DNA of 64,000 bases from Pelomyxa schiedti (GCA_020536535.1 JAHLWZ010000351.1:19056-83055); one strand, 5' to 3'. Counted from the first letter of the stretch, positions 35,401-53,523 are shown. The notes: generated by a model from the letters alone, not told the origin. Numbers and translations: made by a program.

Positions 35401-37364
35401 TCGAGAAAGGAAAGTTCATTGTAGGTCCCTTGAGTGGTCAGAACCTATCATTAGTCAGGAAATGCGCTTCGTCTGCTTATCATACCATTCTATGGTGTTG
35501 GAATGCAACAATCTTACTAGAGTTAAAGCATACAAATGCAGTAGTCAGGGTCCCTGTGTCCACTATTTCTTCTTTTGAAAGCATCTCAGATCTCATCTCT
35601 TGCCTGACAAGCTTCGAGAAAGTGAATGTTTGTACCCCAAATGTAATCATAACCACCTGAAACTCCTCCGCCGCTTAAAGGTCAAGCAACTCTCCATTGA
35701 TTCATCTGTTACTGTTCTGGGAATTGAAGGTGAACCACGAGCAGTTCGTGCCTGCGTGAACCGCCTCCATCAGTTGGCCTCGACGTGTAGACTTCGTGGA
35801 CAACTCATATTTATTCAAGGATCAACCGTTTTTCTGTTCCAGGGATCTCTTTTCGACTCTGACAAATTGGGTTTTACAAAGTACATGGGCCGAAAGCAGG
35901 TCTTTTCTTCCTTTTTTCCTGAGTCACTTCTTACCCTACTCCAAAGCCAAAACATCGTGGACTCAATGCCCATGAAGTTCGACTTCTTGCACCCGTTGGT
36001 GGAAATGACTGGGAACAAGTTTCATATGGAAAACTTCGTAAAACGGCGTTGCTTCAATTCGAAGCTCTTAAGCAAAGTTCTCTGCACCACAGGTATATGA
36101 CTTTTGGTTGAGTCAAGATTGCTTTTTAAACTTACTGAAGTCATGTGGACTTCTTCGTGCGCTTTGGGAGAGGCTATGTCATGCACCTGGAGACATTGGA
36201 CTCAACTGAAGAAATCAATATTTCGGCACTTGAAACAAGTGTCTCAAAGGAGCACAACCGTAAGCGGTACAAGGAATACACTGATAGACAATCAAAGAAT
36301 GCATCTTCCAATGGTAATCCACCTTTTGATCTAAAAAAAGCCGACTAATTTTGCCAGCAACTACAGAAATCAGGTTAACTAAGAAAGTCCGTGTCGGCAA
36401 ACCAGTGGCAGGAGATTCATCAGCAGCACCCAAAACAACTGGCACAAAGAAACACAAAAAAAAGGGTCCTTGCAGTGCATTTGTTACTGTATTTGAAGGC
36501 ACACTTGACGATATTCTTCCTTTCCTAAGGTTTCGCTATTCATCCACATTTCGTCTGTGTAGTAAATACCCCCGTTTTAGTGCTCACGGATTCAACTCCG
36601 AGCCACCCAGTAAAACCTATACAACGACAATGAGACTTTCCCAAGGGCACAGAGAGGTATGTATAACTTACGCCATGGTTTAATCACCGTTCACACTCTG
36701 CACCTTCATTCAGTATGTTGGGCACCTGGATTCTAATTTCAATTGCGTGGAACTCTTCCTCTCTAGAGTGCAGTGGCTTTCTGCCTTTCATTTCTTGTCT
36801 CATCCAGGGTACTAACAGCTGCTCTCTTTGACCCTATAACCCTTCTCTTCTCTTCTTGTCTATACTTTCAGTGGCATTCAGCCTCCGTGCTCTCGATTTT
36901 CACTGGTCTCAACAGAACGTGTTCCTGAAGAGGATCCACTTTTTGTGAATCTTTCAAGTGCCCCAATCTGCGTTCAACAGCAGGGACATATTGTTGTTTG
37001 CTCAAAGCTTGCTTCAGTGGTTACCCACATTAGAATATTTGATACCTGCAAAATATTCTGCTGCCAAAAGAATGGCTTCAAAATATACATGTACTTCACC
37101 ACCGTTCATTCCGAGAGCGTACCTGATACCACAGGCAGATTCCTTTTTTCGGTGGGTGCAAATTTCCCTCCATTTCTTATTCACTGATTGTTTTCCAAGG
37201 AAACCTGGAATGAAATTGAATTTCACATCCCACTTCGTGACACACTTTGTGCAACCGTACTTGGAGACCCCTATTTGCAGGAATTATGTTGCCGCACCCT
37301 TTGGGAACTCACAAAGCAACTCAACAGTGCTCTGTCTCCTGATACAAAAATGACTGAGGGATAG
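29401..37364 (+). CDS. Fusion protein: Dicer/RIG-I-type DExD/H helicase + eukaryotic RNA-dependent RNA polymerase + Pol-beta-type (Cid1/TRF-like) nucleotidyltransferase + KH-like and unassigned C-terminal domains
   Basis: Helicase: LPTG|TGKT across intron 29912-29960, DEAH 30333-30344, LTASP, FVNTRKTA, ATSVVE|EGLDVP, QSRGRAR 31392-31412. In-frame introns 31486-31532 and 31903-31951 join it to ORF 31818-35660. RdRP: SNRIVR, SASQLR, DGIG, QVRYSGCKG, KNPCLHPGD, DLDGD 33810-33824. NTase: YGSS..DSDIDI 34821-34871, VDITIN (Asp 35007). Intron 35622-35680 continues the protein; 3' end (TAG 37362-37364) is tentative. Confidence 0.85.
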
Positions 37365-37540
37365 ATAAACACTGATGTTGCTTGGCCAAAAAAAAAGTTT
37401 ATTTTCCCATACTTCCATTTTGTTTGTGGTTTTTGGTTTCTGGGCAAATTCAAGGAGAGGGCACAACTACAATGATGAAGCACTGAGAATTACTGGTGCC
37501 GGGTGGTAGCACGGTAGGGCTTTACTTGGTTCTCCCGCAC

Positions 37541-39089
37541 TTAGTATCTGTAGCCTGGGAATTTCTGCCTGGGGGAACGAGCACTTTGTTGGGAATAAGT
37601 GTACACAGGCTGAAGAAGCTTTCCAGAGCTTGGAGAAACTCGCTGGAGTGGATGTAGACGCCCAAGTTGCGAGGAGGATTTGGGACGTCGAGGCAGAGGT
37701 TGTTGTGGCAATTGATCATAGTTGTAGGCAGGTTGATAAGAAGTGGTGGGCATGTATTTGAATACAACAGGCATGGCAGTAGGAATTTGAACAGGTACAA
37801 CCATTGCATTTTGCCTTGCGGGCCTTGAATTTGGCATCTTGGGGTATGTGAGTGAAGGAAAAAAAAACCCCAAGGGAGAGCATACAGTTGTGAAGGCAGG
37901 TTGTTCAGAAAACACCTCATCCCCAAATCTCGGACGGGAGGAATAGCTCCTATTATACAAGAGCACAGATGAGGTGGAAGATCGTTTGTAAGAATATTAA
38001 TAGAGAAGGGTTTATAAATGAGTCGTGAAGTAGTAGTGACAGAAGGTAATGGAATCACAGAGTGGATAAAGGGGCATGATGCATGCAATTTCACCACCTG
38101 GTCCACAACCAAGAACGCGAGTGCGAGAAGTGATTTAGGTGTTATTTGACAACGGGTATCTTACACAAGAGTGGGACGACGGGCTTGTGTCCTGACAGTG
38201 CGGCGAGGCTAGTATGGCAATATTGCGCTCGTGAGTTCAACAGAATGAGGACCGCAGTCGTACATACAGGAATGGAAGACGCATAAGGATCACTGATAAC
38301 GCGGGGTGCAACATATAACACCCTTTCTTCACGTATTGGTCTTCGTTGAAGCGGAGGTAGCTGTTGTGGTGCCTTCCTTCTAATTTGGATTGACGGCTGC
38401 CTTCCAGTAGATTGTATATTGAACACATTTGTGGGTATTTGTTGCTGCGGTTGTAGTGGGTGAGACCTATCGCCAAGTGGTTATGCCAGTGAAGAGCAAT
38501 AACAATAAAAAGTAGGTGCAGCACGATAAATCGCGAGACACATGAAACCCAAGGCATATACAACGAAGCACCACAAAACAGCAAGTAATGATGGCAGAAT
38601 CGGATACTTCTTTATCAATACAGTGCGTCGCCTTGGAATTGGTACGGGCTGTTGAACTTGAGTAACTGGCATCCTTGGCTCCACGTTGGTCTGAATAGGT
38701 TGAACAGTATATCCCCTTGCAGCATTCTGAAGCCTTTTCCGGGCTGAATTTGCTCGCATACCAGCCACATGTCGGTTGCGTGAGCTGTTCGGTTGCCGCC
38801 CCTATTATCGCGAGAAGGATTTGTGAGCGTTAATCTTTCCAAGCTCGAGCCTCCTCAACATGTGCTCGTAAACAAACCATTTGCCTCGAGTTACCACCAC
38901 GAGCAACAGGTGTCTTTCCTTCTTTAATGATCGTATCTGCAAAAAGTCAATAACTCGCCGTAAGACGGGAAAAAAACTGCACGTAAGAATCGCCGTAACA
39001 CGACTACAACAACAACAAAGAGAAATACCGAGAGATTGGCTCAATCTGGCCTCGGCACTCGCATTTACGGCTGCGCTGTCGCCGGACAT
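37541..39089 (-). CDS. Hypothetical protein, possibly membrane-anchored with Pro/Gln-rich segments
   Basis: Several minus-strand ORF pieces (38805-39089, 38481-38768 with LLAVLWCFVVYALGFMCL, 37541-37966 Pro/Gln-rich). No family motif recognised and exon structure unresolved. Confidence 0.35.
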
Positions 39090-39344
39090 TGTGACACTAC
39101 GCGTGTGGTGACTTGGTTTTCTTTTTTTGAAGTTTTCTTTTAACGAATTTTCGGTAACGCAGTTGCGGATCTGGGCAGATCCCCCTCAGTCCAAGGCACG
39201 CAGGGTCTGAGAAGCTCATAGGGTGTCGTTTCAAACGACAGTGCCGAGCAGAAAAAGTGTTCTTTCTTTGCAAGGTTGATTTTGTATTTACTAGGTTGGG
39301 GACTGGTAGTGATGTGATTGGAAGTACACAGACCAAAGCTAGCT

Positions 39345-41872
39345 TCATGTTAACCTGGGTCTTTTGCTGGATGGTGGTGTGGGTTGTGCAGCGGTGGTGC
39401 TAGTTGTGATGCTTGTGCTTGTGCTAGTTGTAGTTGTGTTGGACGTAGTGGGTTTTTGGTGTGACCCGGTGGCTGTTGCTGCTAGGCCTCCAAACATGAA
39501 CTTGTCAAGGAATGAGCTTATGTCTAGTTTGTCCTTGGTGGTGAGGGGGCGACGGGGGAGTGATATCCGCTTGGGTGTTGTGAATAGGGAGGTGTAGGAT
39601 GGGGGTGGCGGAGAGTGGTTGGCGGTTGGACTCTGGGAAGTGGCGGATGTGTTGTTTTCATTCCTTTCATTGCATTCTCTACTGGGTGAAGAGGGTGGTT
39701 GTTGAGAGGGTACAGTGGTTGTGTTTGGGGTGGAAGAACTTGGAGTACTACTAGTTTCAGAAAATGTAGCCGAAGAATTTTGGGAATTCGTTGTTGCCCC
39801 TCCACAAGGTTGCTGAGGTGGCTCCGGCTCACTATGTCCATCTGGATCGTCCCCATAACTACCTTGACACTCACTAGAATCGGCAGAAGAAGGAGGTGAA
39901 CCTAATAGAGTCAGACACAAGGAAGCCTAGAGGTACCTTACTTGTAAAGAATTTGCTTCTTACTATAACACGGCCATCCAATGGTGGTGCAAATCCATTT
40001 GGATGTGACCCTTTTTTGGACAAGTTATTTACAGTGTCTTTTGTGAGATAAATCAGTTATGAACTACCAGAGTATTCCTCTGTATCACTTCTGTCGCCAT
40101 CGTAATCTTCATCTTCATCGACGTTTTCGTCTGTGTCGTCAGAAGCAAGAGTTGGTGGTACAATTTTGGCTCCTGAAGAGTCATCCGTTTTTACTACACA
40201 AAGTTGGTGGACGGAAACCCAAGTCAAGTTATACAGAAGAACTGTAACAAGGATGTTGACGTAGGAGCAGCTTTGTATTGCATGGGTAGAAGTGCGATAC
40301 TTCCTGGTCTAGGTCTCAACGGTGATTCATTTTTTTTTGATTGGAAGGTGTGACTATCAACAGATCGCTCATTAGAAATTAGAGGTTTCAGCAGAACAAG
40401 TTCCGCTTGGGTTGTTGTAGAAGTAAAGGACTGGCGAGTAACAGGATCTACATCGCCATTGGCAATGGAAACTGCTAAATCAGCAGGTAATGGGCTGTGG
40501 AGAGTTAAGTCAGAGAATCAAATAGATCTACTACCATCCTACGTTTTGTGCCAGCCACGTTCGGTCTTGCTCGTCTAGGGTGTCAGGCACGGGAGTAAGA
40601 GGTTTGACGCACTTTGATATAGGGTCGTAAATGTACTGATGGTCAAAGGTGAGTTCCGCATGTCTGTGAATAATGTCTTAATATAGGTGCACTAGTTGTA
40701 CAATTAAAATACTTGAACTCCTCAATGTAATTGGCAGATAGCTTCTCTTTGTACTGAGTGATTACCTGCAAAAAAGTTGAATGAAAGAACGTGAAGAGCC
40801 AGTGTAACCTGCAGTACGTTCTGGTATTGGCTCATTTTGCTCACTGCAGTTTTTAGCCCAACACCGGGAATTGAGGGGAGATAGTCACACCCACTTAAAA
40901 TGCAAGCTTGACGCAACATCTAATGAATTGAAAATGAGTGTCAGCTGGAATATGTGTAAAATTAAACCGTCTTTGTCAAGTTTTGAAATTGTGGATGGGC
41001 CAAAACATCTTCAAGCTTTACAAGGGTTCCTGTGCCTGTTGCTTTATCCAGCTTGAAAATAACCTTCACATACTTAATTTCCAAAAGAAAGAATGAAATA
41101 ATACACAAGGGCAGAAATATGGAATCATGTCAGAATCTTCAGTGAGTACAGCATCCACAAGGCCATTGCGAGCTAGATAGGCCATTTGTGCATCAGCTTC
41201 ATGTGGGGCAACAATGCATTCAACCCCAAACTGAGACAATTGTCTCAGTGCCTGGCCAACAAATATCACATGATGAGAAAGGAAATACAAAATAACAAAG
41301 AGAATGGATACAAACGAGAATGAGAAGGTGTGCCATGTGTGGTGTCACATCCACTGCTTTCTGAAAGTAGTTTGTGGCAGTTTTCATGTCTCCTTTCTGA
41401 ACATTTTGCTGGGCCGATATGAGGTTTTTCTCGCGATTTCTGGTTCAGTGTTACAATTTTTCATAAGTGCAGTTGGCATACTCTTTTCTTTTTTCCTCTT
41501 GGTGACGTTTGGCAGGAAGAGGAGCACCGTCAAAAACGAGAACGGGTTTTACACCAGCATGCAATAACAGATGCACCATATTCAAACAGTACTGTATGTA
41601 CCTAAATTCCTCGTCTTACAAAACAAAAAATACTGTAGCCAAAACTCAACAAGCACAAGCATAGAGAAAAATGCTGGAAAAAAAAAAAAAAAACCCACGA
41701 CATACTTGTTGGTGGGTTGGTGCTGACACAACTCGAGGGAACACGAAAAAGAGCCCTTGTGTAACCAACTATACGCATCCACCGCCACCTTGCGGCCCTT
41801 AAATTCAACTAGACTTACGGTCCTGCTGCACCCAGCACCAAGCACCAACGGCAAAAGTCCGGAGATCCCCGT
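39345..41872 (-). CDS. EXO1: Exonuclease 1 (XPG/FEN1 superfamily)
   Basis: GISGLLP, VAVDAYSWLHKG, VFDGAPLPAK, FQKAVDVTP, APHEADAQMAYL..EDSD, LSGCDYLPSIPGVGLKTA, HQYIYDP, IANGDVDP, then a Ser/Thr/Pro-rich tail ending KRPRLT-stop. The canonical Met codon position reads ACG (41872-41870); an in-frame ATG lies at 41938. Confidence 0.85.
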
Positions 41873-42209
41873 GGTTGCTGGTTGTGCCCCTGCTTTTGTT
41901 TCAGTTTTGTGCAAATTAGATCTAAAACTATCGTTCATACAGGTTTTGTGTTTCTCAGGTATTTAAGACTGAGGGGAAAGTATTGGTTGTGTTGAGGAGT
42001 GGAGAGCGATTGGAGATTGGTGATTGCGGACATGGGAGGTCTCCCGAAGGTCTGTTCTTCTCAATACCACTGTCAAGTATTCACAGTTGATTTTTCGTTT
42101 TTTCGCGGAGTTTGTTTGTGTAGCGCATTCTCAAAAGTTTCTTTTTTTCCTTTCCCATTTTTGTTGCTTGCTCTTGAGCCTCGTCACGTGGAGCAACACA
42201 AACGCACAA

Positions 42210-42416
42210 TTAAAAGAAAACACGCACAAAATAAACACCCAGTGAGATGGACTTGTTGCTGTCTCCGTCCTCTTCCGCGAGTTTGTCTTTGTCTTCTGCG
42301 TCTATCAGCACTTCATTGTCCATGTCGGAAAGTATTAGCTCCTCGGTGTCTGCATCTTCGTCGTCGTTGTCATCTTCGTCTACGATTAGCGCGTTTGGCG
42401 AGTTTTGGTGCGGCAC
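42210..42416 (-). CDS. Short highly acidic ORF; small gene or upstream exon of EXO1
   Basis: MPHQNSPNALIVDEDDNDDEDADTEELILSDMDNE...; compositional bias only, no family motif. Confidence 0.25.
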   Translation of the reverse strand: MPHQNSPNALIVDEDDNDDEDADTEELILSDMDNEVLIDAEDKDKLAEEDGDSNKSISLGVYFVRVFF

Positions 42417-42535
42417 TGATATTTGGGGACCGATTTACGAATCCAACGTCACGACATGTGTCATCTCAGTGTATGTGGCATAATTGCAACACAACAATAC
42501 GAATACACATACAAACAAAAAATATCAGGGTTATT

Positions 42536-48487
<5,952 letters not shown>

Positions 48488-48636
48488 GCACCGTGCAATT
48501 TGTTTTTGCCGGTTTGTGACCGTTGTTTTGAACAAATTCCATCTCTCCTTTTTGTCTTTTACGCGACCGCCATCACTTTCATCACAACGCTTCGAGGATC
48601 GTTGTTTTTTTTTCTCCCTGCGAGAAAAAGAAGAGA

Positions 48637-51274
48637 ATGGCGACCGCACCAGGCGCCCAGGAAGTAATACCTACTGACAGTGAAACGATCGATGACTACG
48701 AGTACTTTGATCTCGCCGAGGTGGGGGAAGATCTACTGTGTCCTCAGTGCACCAGGCCCGTAGTGTGGCCAATGGAACACATTCCTTGTGGAGCTCTGCT
48801 TTGTTACCACTGTGCCACGATGGTGAGGTTTTTGTTGTTGTTTTCGTCTTCGTTTTCGTTGGACACTACTTCCCTGCCGCGAGAATGCCCAGCTAACTTG
48901 TAGTATTCTTTTTTTTCTTGCTTTTCGTCTGGGTCATTAAAGGCTGGCTCGTGCTCCCGATGTCGGGAAGAGATACGGGTAGACAACATACGGAAAAATC
49001 CTGTCAAGTACATAGACGGGGTTCTGGCATCGCTGCTTGTTTATTGTCCTACTTGCAGAGCGCCTGTTCCGCGTTCGCAGAGATCGTTCCATGTTTCACA
49101 GTGTCCAACATGTTTGTAATATCTCCGTACTTAGATGCGATGCGGTTTTTATTGATTTATCTATTTTTCGCCTCTCACTTCCTTGAAAACACATTTAGCA
49201 TGCCCTATGGGATGCGGAGCTCTTGTCAAACCAGCATGTCAACTGGAACATGAATTGAGCGACTGCCCATTGGGAAGTACTATTTGTACAATTTGTGGCA
49301 GTACTGTACCTAAATCGGGTCTCAACTCAACTCACCCGTCTGAGTGCAAATGTGATGGTGAAGTAGCTATTTTCTTAGTACTTCAAGTAACATCTACTAC
49401 GATTAGAGGCAACTGAATTGATGCTTCTGGGACTATCTTGTTGGGATAATGGCAATTTGGTAGAAGCCATAGAACTTTTCAGTCATGCCACCGAGGCCAG
49501 TGGTCAAGACCCTCCATCTTTTTTTTATTTGCCTGCAATCGTCGCAACAAGAGCAATAGTTCAACTGGTCGGAGTGCCTAATGTTGGTTGCACTCTGCCT
49601 CAGAATCTTTCATATGCGATGTACTTCAGTTCCACAGCTTCTTTGAATAGTGTGATTAAATTCCAAGCTGATTCCTTGGGCCAGTGGTCTACCCTCCAAT
49701 CATTGGCATATGCAAGAAACTGTAAAGCAACGAGTTTATCAGAACCTGAGAAGTACGATTTCACCGATTGTATGCAAAGTGCATATTTTGTGGCAATGTG
49801 GGAGTTCCATTGCAAGAAAAATATCAAGGGCTCACTCCCACTGTTGAAGAAGCTCTCAGAGGGCCTTCATTCAGGAGCAATGAATACTCTCGCCTATTGT
49901 TATGAGCGAGGGGAATGGGTCCCCAAAGACCTTACAAAGTCAGTCTCTCTTTACCAGAAAGCTTTTGATTTAGGCTTTGCAACAGGCCCAAGCAACCTGG
50001 GTTTATGCTACAAGAATGCTAAGGGTATTCCACAAGATGAAGCAAAAGCTGTCAGTCTCTTTCTTGAGGGCATAGAACGTTCAAACTGTGTTTGTTGCCT
50101 CAATAACTTGGCAACGTGCTACGAAGGAGGCTGTGGTGTCCCGAAAGATCGTGAAAAAGCTGTATTGTACTACCAACGTGCCAGTGATATGGGCGTTGTG
50201 GAATCCACATCAAACCTTGGGTTTTGCTACTTGTTTGGAAGAGGTGTTGCCAAGGATACCGAGCGTGGAATGAAACTCTTGGAAAGAGCCGCCGATTTTC
50301 ATCAGGTTGATGCAATGTGCCAAGTTGCATACTCCATAATGAAGACGAATAGTATCAGAGCGTTCGACCTCTATCAGCGGGCTTCCGATCTTGGCCATGT
50401 GCACAGCATCTTTATGCTTGGGACATACTACCAGAGTGGTACTGTAGTACCACGAGACCAAGGAAAAGCTGTTGCTTTGTTCAAGAAGGGGAGTGCAGCC
50501 GGATATGGACTTTGTCTCTTTGAACTTGGTCGATGCTACAAGGATGGGAAGGGTGTGCCTAAGGACATTGCATATGCCGTTTTTCTCTTCCAGAAGGGCT
50601 TTGAATCCAAAAGTAGTCGATGTACCTTCAAGCTTGGGCGCCGATATGAAAAAGGGGATGGTGTGGCCAAGAACATTGACAGAGCAATTGAGTTGTACAA
50701 AATTGCATATGAGCTTGGTGAAATAGGCGCCGGATTCCATCTTGCTGTTATGTACTTGGAAGGCAGAAAGGTCCCACAAAACCATTCACTAAGTGTACCT
50801 CTGCTTCATAAAGTGGCCGAGGCAGGACACGGAAGAGCCGCCTTCATACTGGGGACCTTATACCACAACGGCAGCGACACAGTCGCCAAGGACGACGACA
50901 TGGCCGTGATGTACTACCAAATGTCGGCCGAGTCTAGCTGCGCTCACGGCATGTACGGCCTGGCCCAGTGCTACCTCAAAGGAGAAGGAGTCGACAGGAA
51001 CCCAGAAGCCGCGGCGGAACTGTTGCAGCGGGCCTCGGACCTCCGCTACAACGAAGCCACCGTTGCTCTCGCTGAACTTAGCCGCACCGGCACCGGAGTG
51101 CCTCGCGACGTCGGCCACGCCGTGGCTCTCTTGCACACTGCGGCGGCGCAGAGGCACACAGGCGCCATGATGACTCTATCTTCTATCTACGAAACGGGCG
51201 AGGGCGAAGTAGTCCCGAACGCCGCTATGTCCGCAACCCTACGTATCCAAGCCACCACCGCACACGACACTTGA
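48637..51274 (+). CDS. RING-like + TRAF-type zinc finger + ~13 Sel1-like repeats
   Basis: LLCPQC..IPCGALLCYHC..CSRC (RING-like); CPMGC..EHELSDCP..ICTIC..HPSEC (TRAF-type Zn finger); ORF 49418-51274 carries repeated LxxxYxxGxGVxKDxxKAxxxYxxAxxxG units. Confidence 0.8.
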
Positions 51275-51355
51275 GCCTATGGTACGGGAAAGAGGGAAAA
51301 AAAAAACTTCCGATGCTTCTGTGATTTCCATTTTTTTGAGACTAAACAACACGCG

Positions 51356-53515
51356 ATGAGCGGCACAGTGGAGGCGGAGAGGGAGGACTTCCAGGTGGAG
51401 GACGCGGAGGACGAGGAGCTCAGCAACATCCTCGAGCGGATGCTCGTGCTGATGTCGTGCGCCAGCAAGTCCAGTCCCGGCAGCGGCGAGGCCGATAACG
51501 ACGACGAGGACGTGTCCAGCGACGACAGCATCGGCCGAAGCAGCAGCGACGAGGGCCGAGCACCCGCAGCACCAGCACCAGCACCAGCACCAGCAACAAA
51601 AACAACAGCAGCTACGAGCGCGAGTGCCGCCGCCCCAGCTGCACCTGGGAGCGGGACGAGGAGGAGGAGGAGAGGGAGGGGGCTGAGGAGGCCAGGAGGG
51701 GGCGGGGAGGAGCAGGAGCAGGGGGGAGGGAGGAGACCGAGCTACGCACGGGCTGAGAGGCGGGAGTATTTGCAGATAGACGCTGCTTGTTCTCTGTGGG
51801 ATGTGTGTGCATTTTGGTTTTTTCAAGTTTTGCGGGGGAGGTACCCTTTTTCTTGGGTTTTCCTCACCAAGTTTTTGAAGGCTTCGTGTGAGGCTAGCAA
51901 GGCCAAATTTATGGTTGAAAAGAAGCTTGTCCCTGTGTTGTTGAGGTTTCTAAAAGCTTTTACCTCCCGTATTTTTTTAACAAGCTTACTTGTAGTATTT
52001 TGACCCAAGCACATTGTGTATGTATCATCTCATCATGTCTCCCCTTTCACACCCTCAACTTCTCCCAGGATAGACTATTAGAGACAGTGGCAGGGCTGCT
52101 TGCTAATATAGCTTCGACATCTGATGACTTGTGCCTATCTATTCTTACTGAGTGCCCCCAAGCCCCTAGTATTGTTAGTTTGGGTGCCTACCTCACAGAT
52201 GCCGATCCTCCGACTCTCACTGAAATCACCCGCTTTATCCTGGTGCGGTGAGTCTCACCTTTTCCTCTTTTCTTTTTCTGGGAATTGCCTTTGTGTTCGT
52301 GTTGAAAATACGCTTCCCTCATACAACTTAGGTTTCTGTTAGCCAAAAGTCGACCCAAGAGCAATGGTTGACGTTCCTGAACGAGCACACTGTAATCATT
52401 GACAACTTGATGTTTATTCTCAAAAATACTTTGCATCAACCACTTTTGACACATTCCACACAGCTTGCCTCAGCTCTAGTATGTAGCATGCTTTTCTAGA
52501 AGTAAAACTAAACTCACCTATCCAAAAGCTCTATACTGATCCAAGCCGGTTAGGAGTACAGCTCTTTCAGCGCGGATTCGGTGAAACAATGTTTGATCTT
52601 CTCACCGAACACACTAAACCTGATACCACTGTCTCAAACAGTAGTGCAATAATTGCCTTGGCATCCTGTGCCGCTTCAGCAGCCACATCATCCCACCCAC
52701 AACTTTACGCTCCGCTAGTGACCCCAGCAGTTGCACAGTGTCTACACAACGTGTTACAGGCCGCTGCCATTGAGCCCGATTTTAACGAGGCTTGCTCCTC
52801 TCTACTTATCGCACTGGCAGCAATTGTATCTCAAAATTCCACCCCAGAATCAACACCAACCTCCGGCACTGATTCCATGTCTACAAGTACAAGTTCTACA
52901 ACAACAGCAACTTCAACCACACCAGAATCCCCGCAAAACCAAACTGTTGCAACAACAGCAACTTCAAACACAAATACAACACCAATGTTCCTGTCAAGTC
53001 AGAGTGAACAAACAAACCTCGCCAAAGTACTCATGCGAATTGCCAACACCATCGACGAGGGAGACGAGGACTCCAACGACGAGAACACAGTCGAGGACAA
53101 AGTCCAGGCCCTGTGGTGCCTCGTGGCCTACGTAGCGCACACGTACATCAACGGCGGGCCCAGCGCCGGCTTGACCATCGTGCTGTCCAACCCACAACAG
53201 CTTATGGGAGCCGTAAACAAGTCGCTGCTCGCGGTCACCGGCGGCGACACCACAGGCACAGGGATGTCTATGCTGCACAAGGCCGTGAGGCTCCTGCTCG
53301 CCGCCTCCATGCACCTCTCGCTGACTGCGCCCCCAGCAGCACCCCCGGCCGCCCCAGCCAAAGTGAGCAGCAGCAGGACTACAGGGAGAGCTGCGAGGCC
53401 GACGGCGAGCCACCCCAGGCCCGGGGCTGCGGAAAGGAGCAACCAGAGCTCCGGCTCGGTGTCTGACCTCTTGGCTCGGTGGCTTACAAAGCACAGCACC
53501 GGTTCAAACCACTGA
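51356..53515 (+). CDS. Armadillo/HEAT-type helical repeat protein, family unassigned
   Basis: Acidic N-terminus, then helical segments such as MVEKKLVPVLLRFLK, LLETVAGLLANIAS, KVQALWCLVAYV. ORFs 51356-52003, 52000-52251 and 52589-53515 are consistent with one multi-exon gene. Confidence 0.5.
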
Positions 53516-53523
53516 TGTGGAAT

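Noticed and set aside
35600-35700. Programmed frameshift between ORFs 31818-35660 and 35600-36100
   Set aside because: A canonical 59-nt phase-0 intron (35622-35680) explains the frame change.
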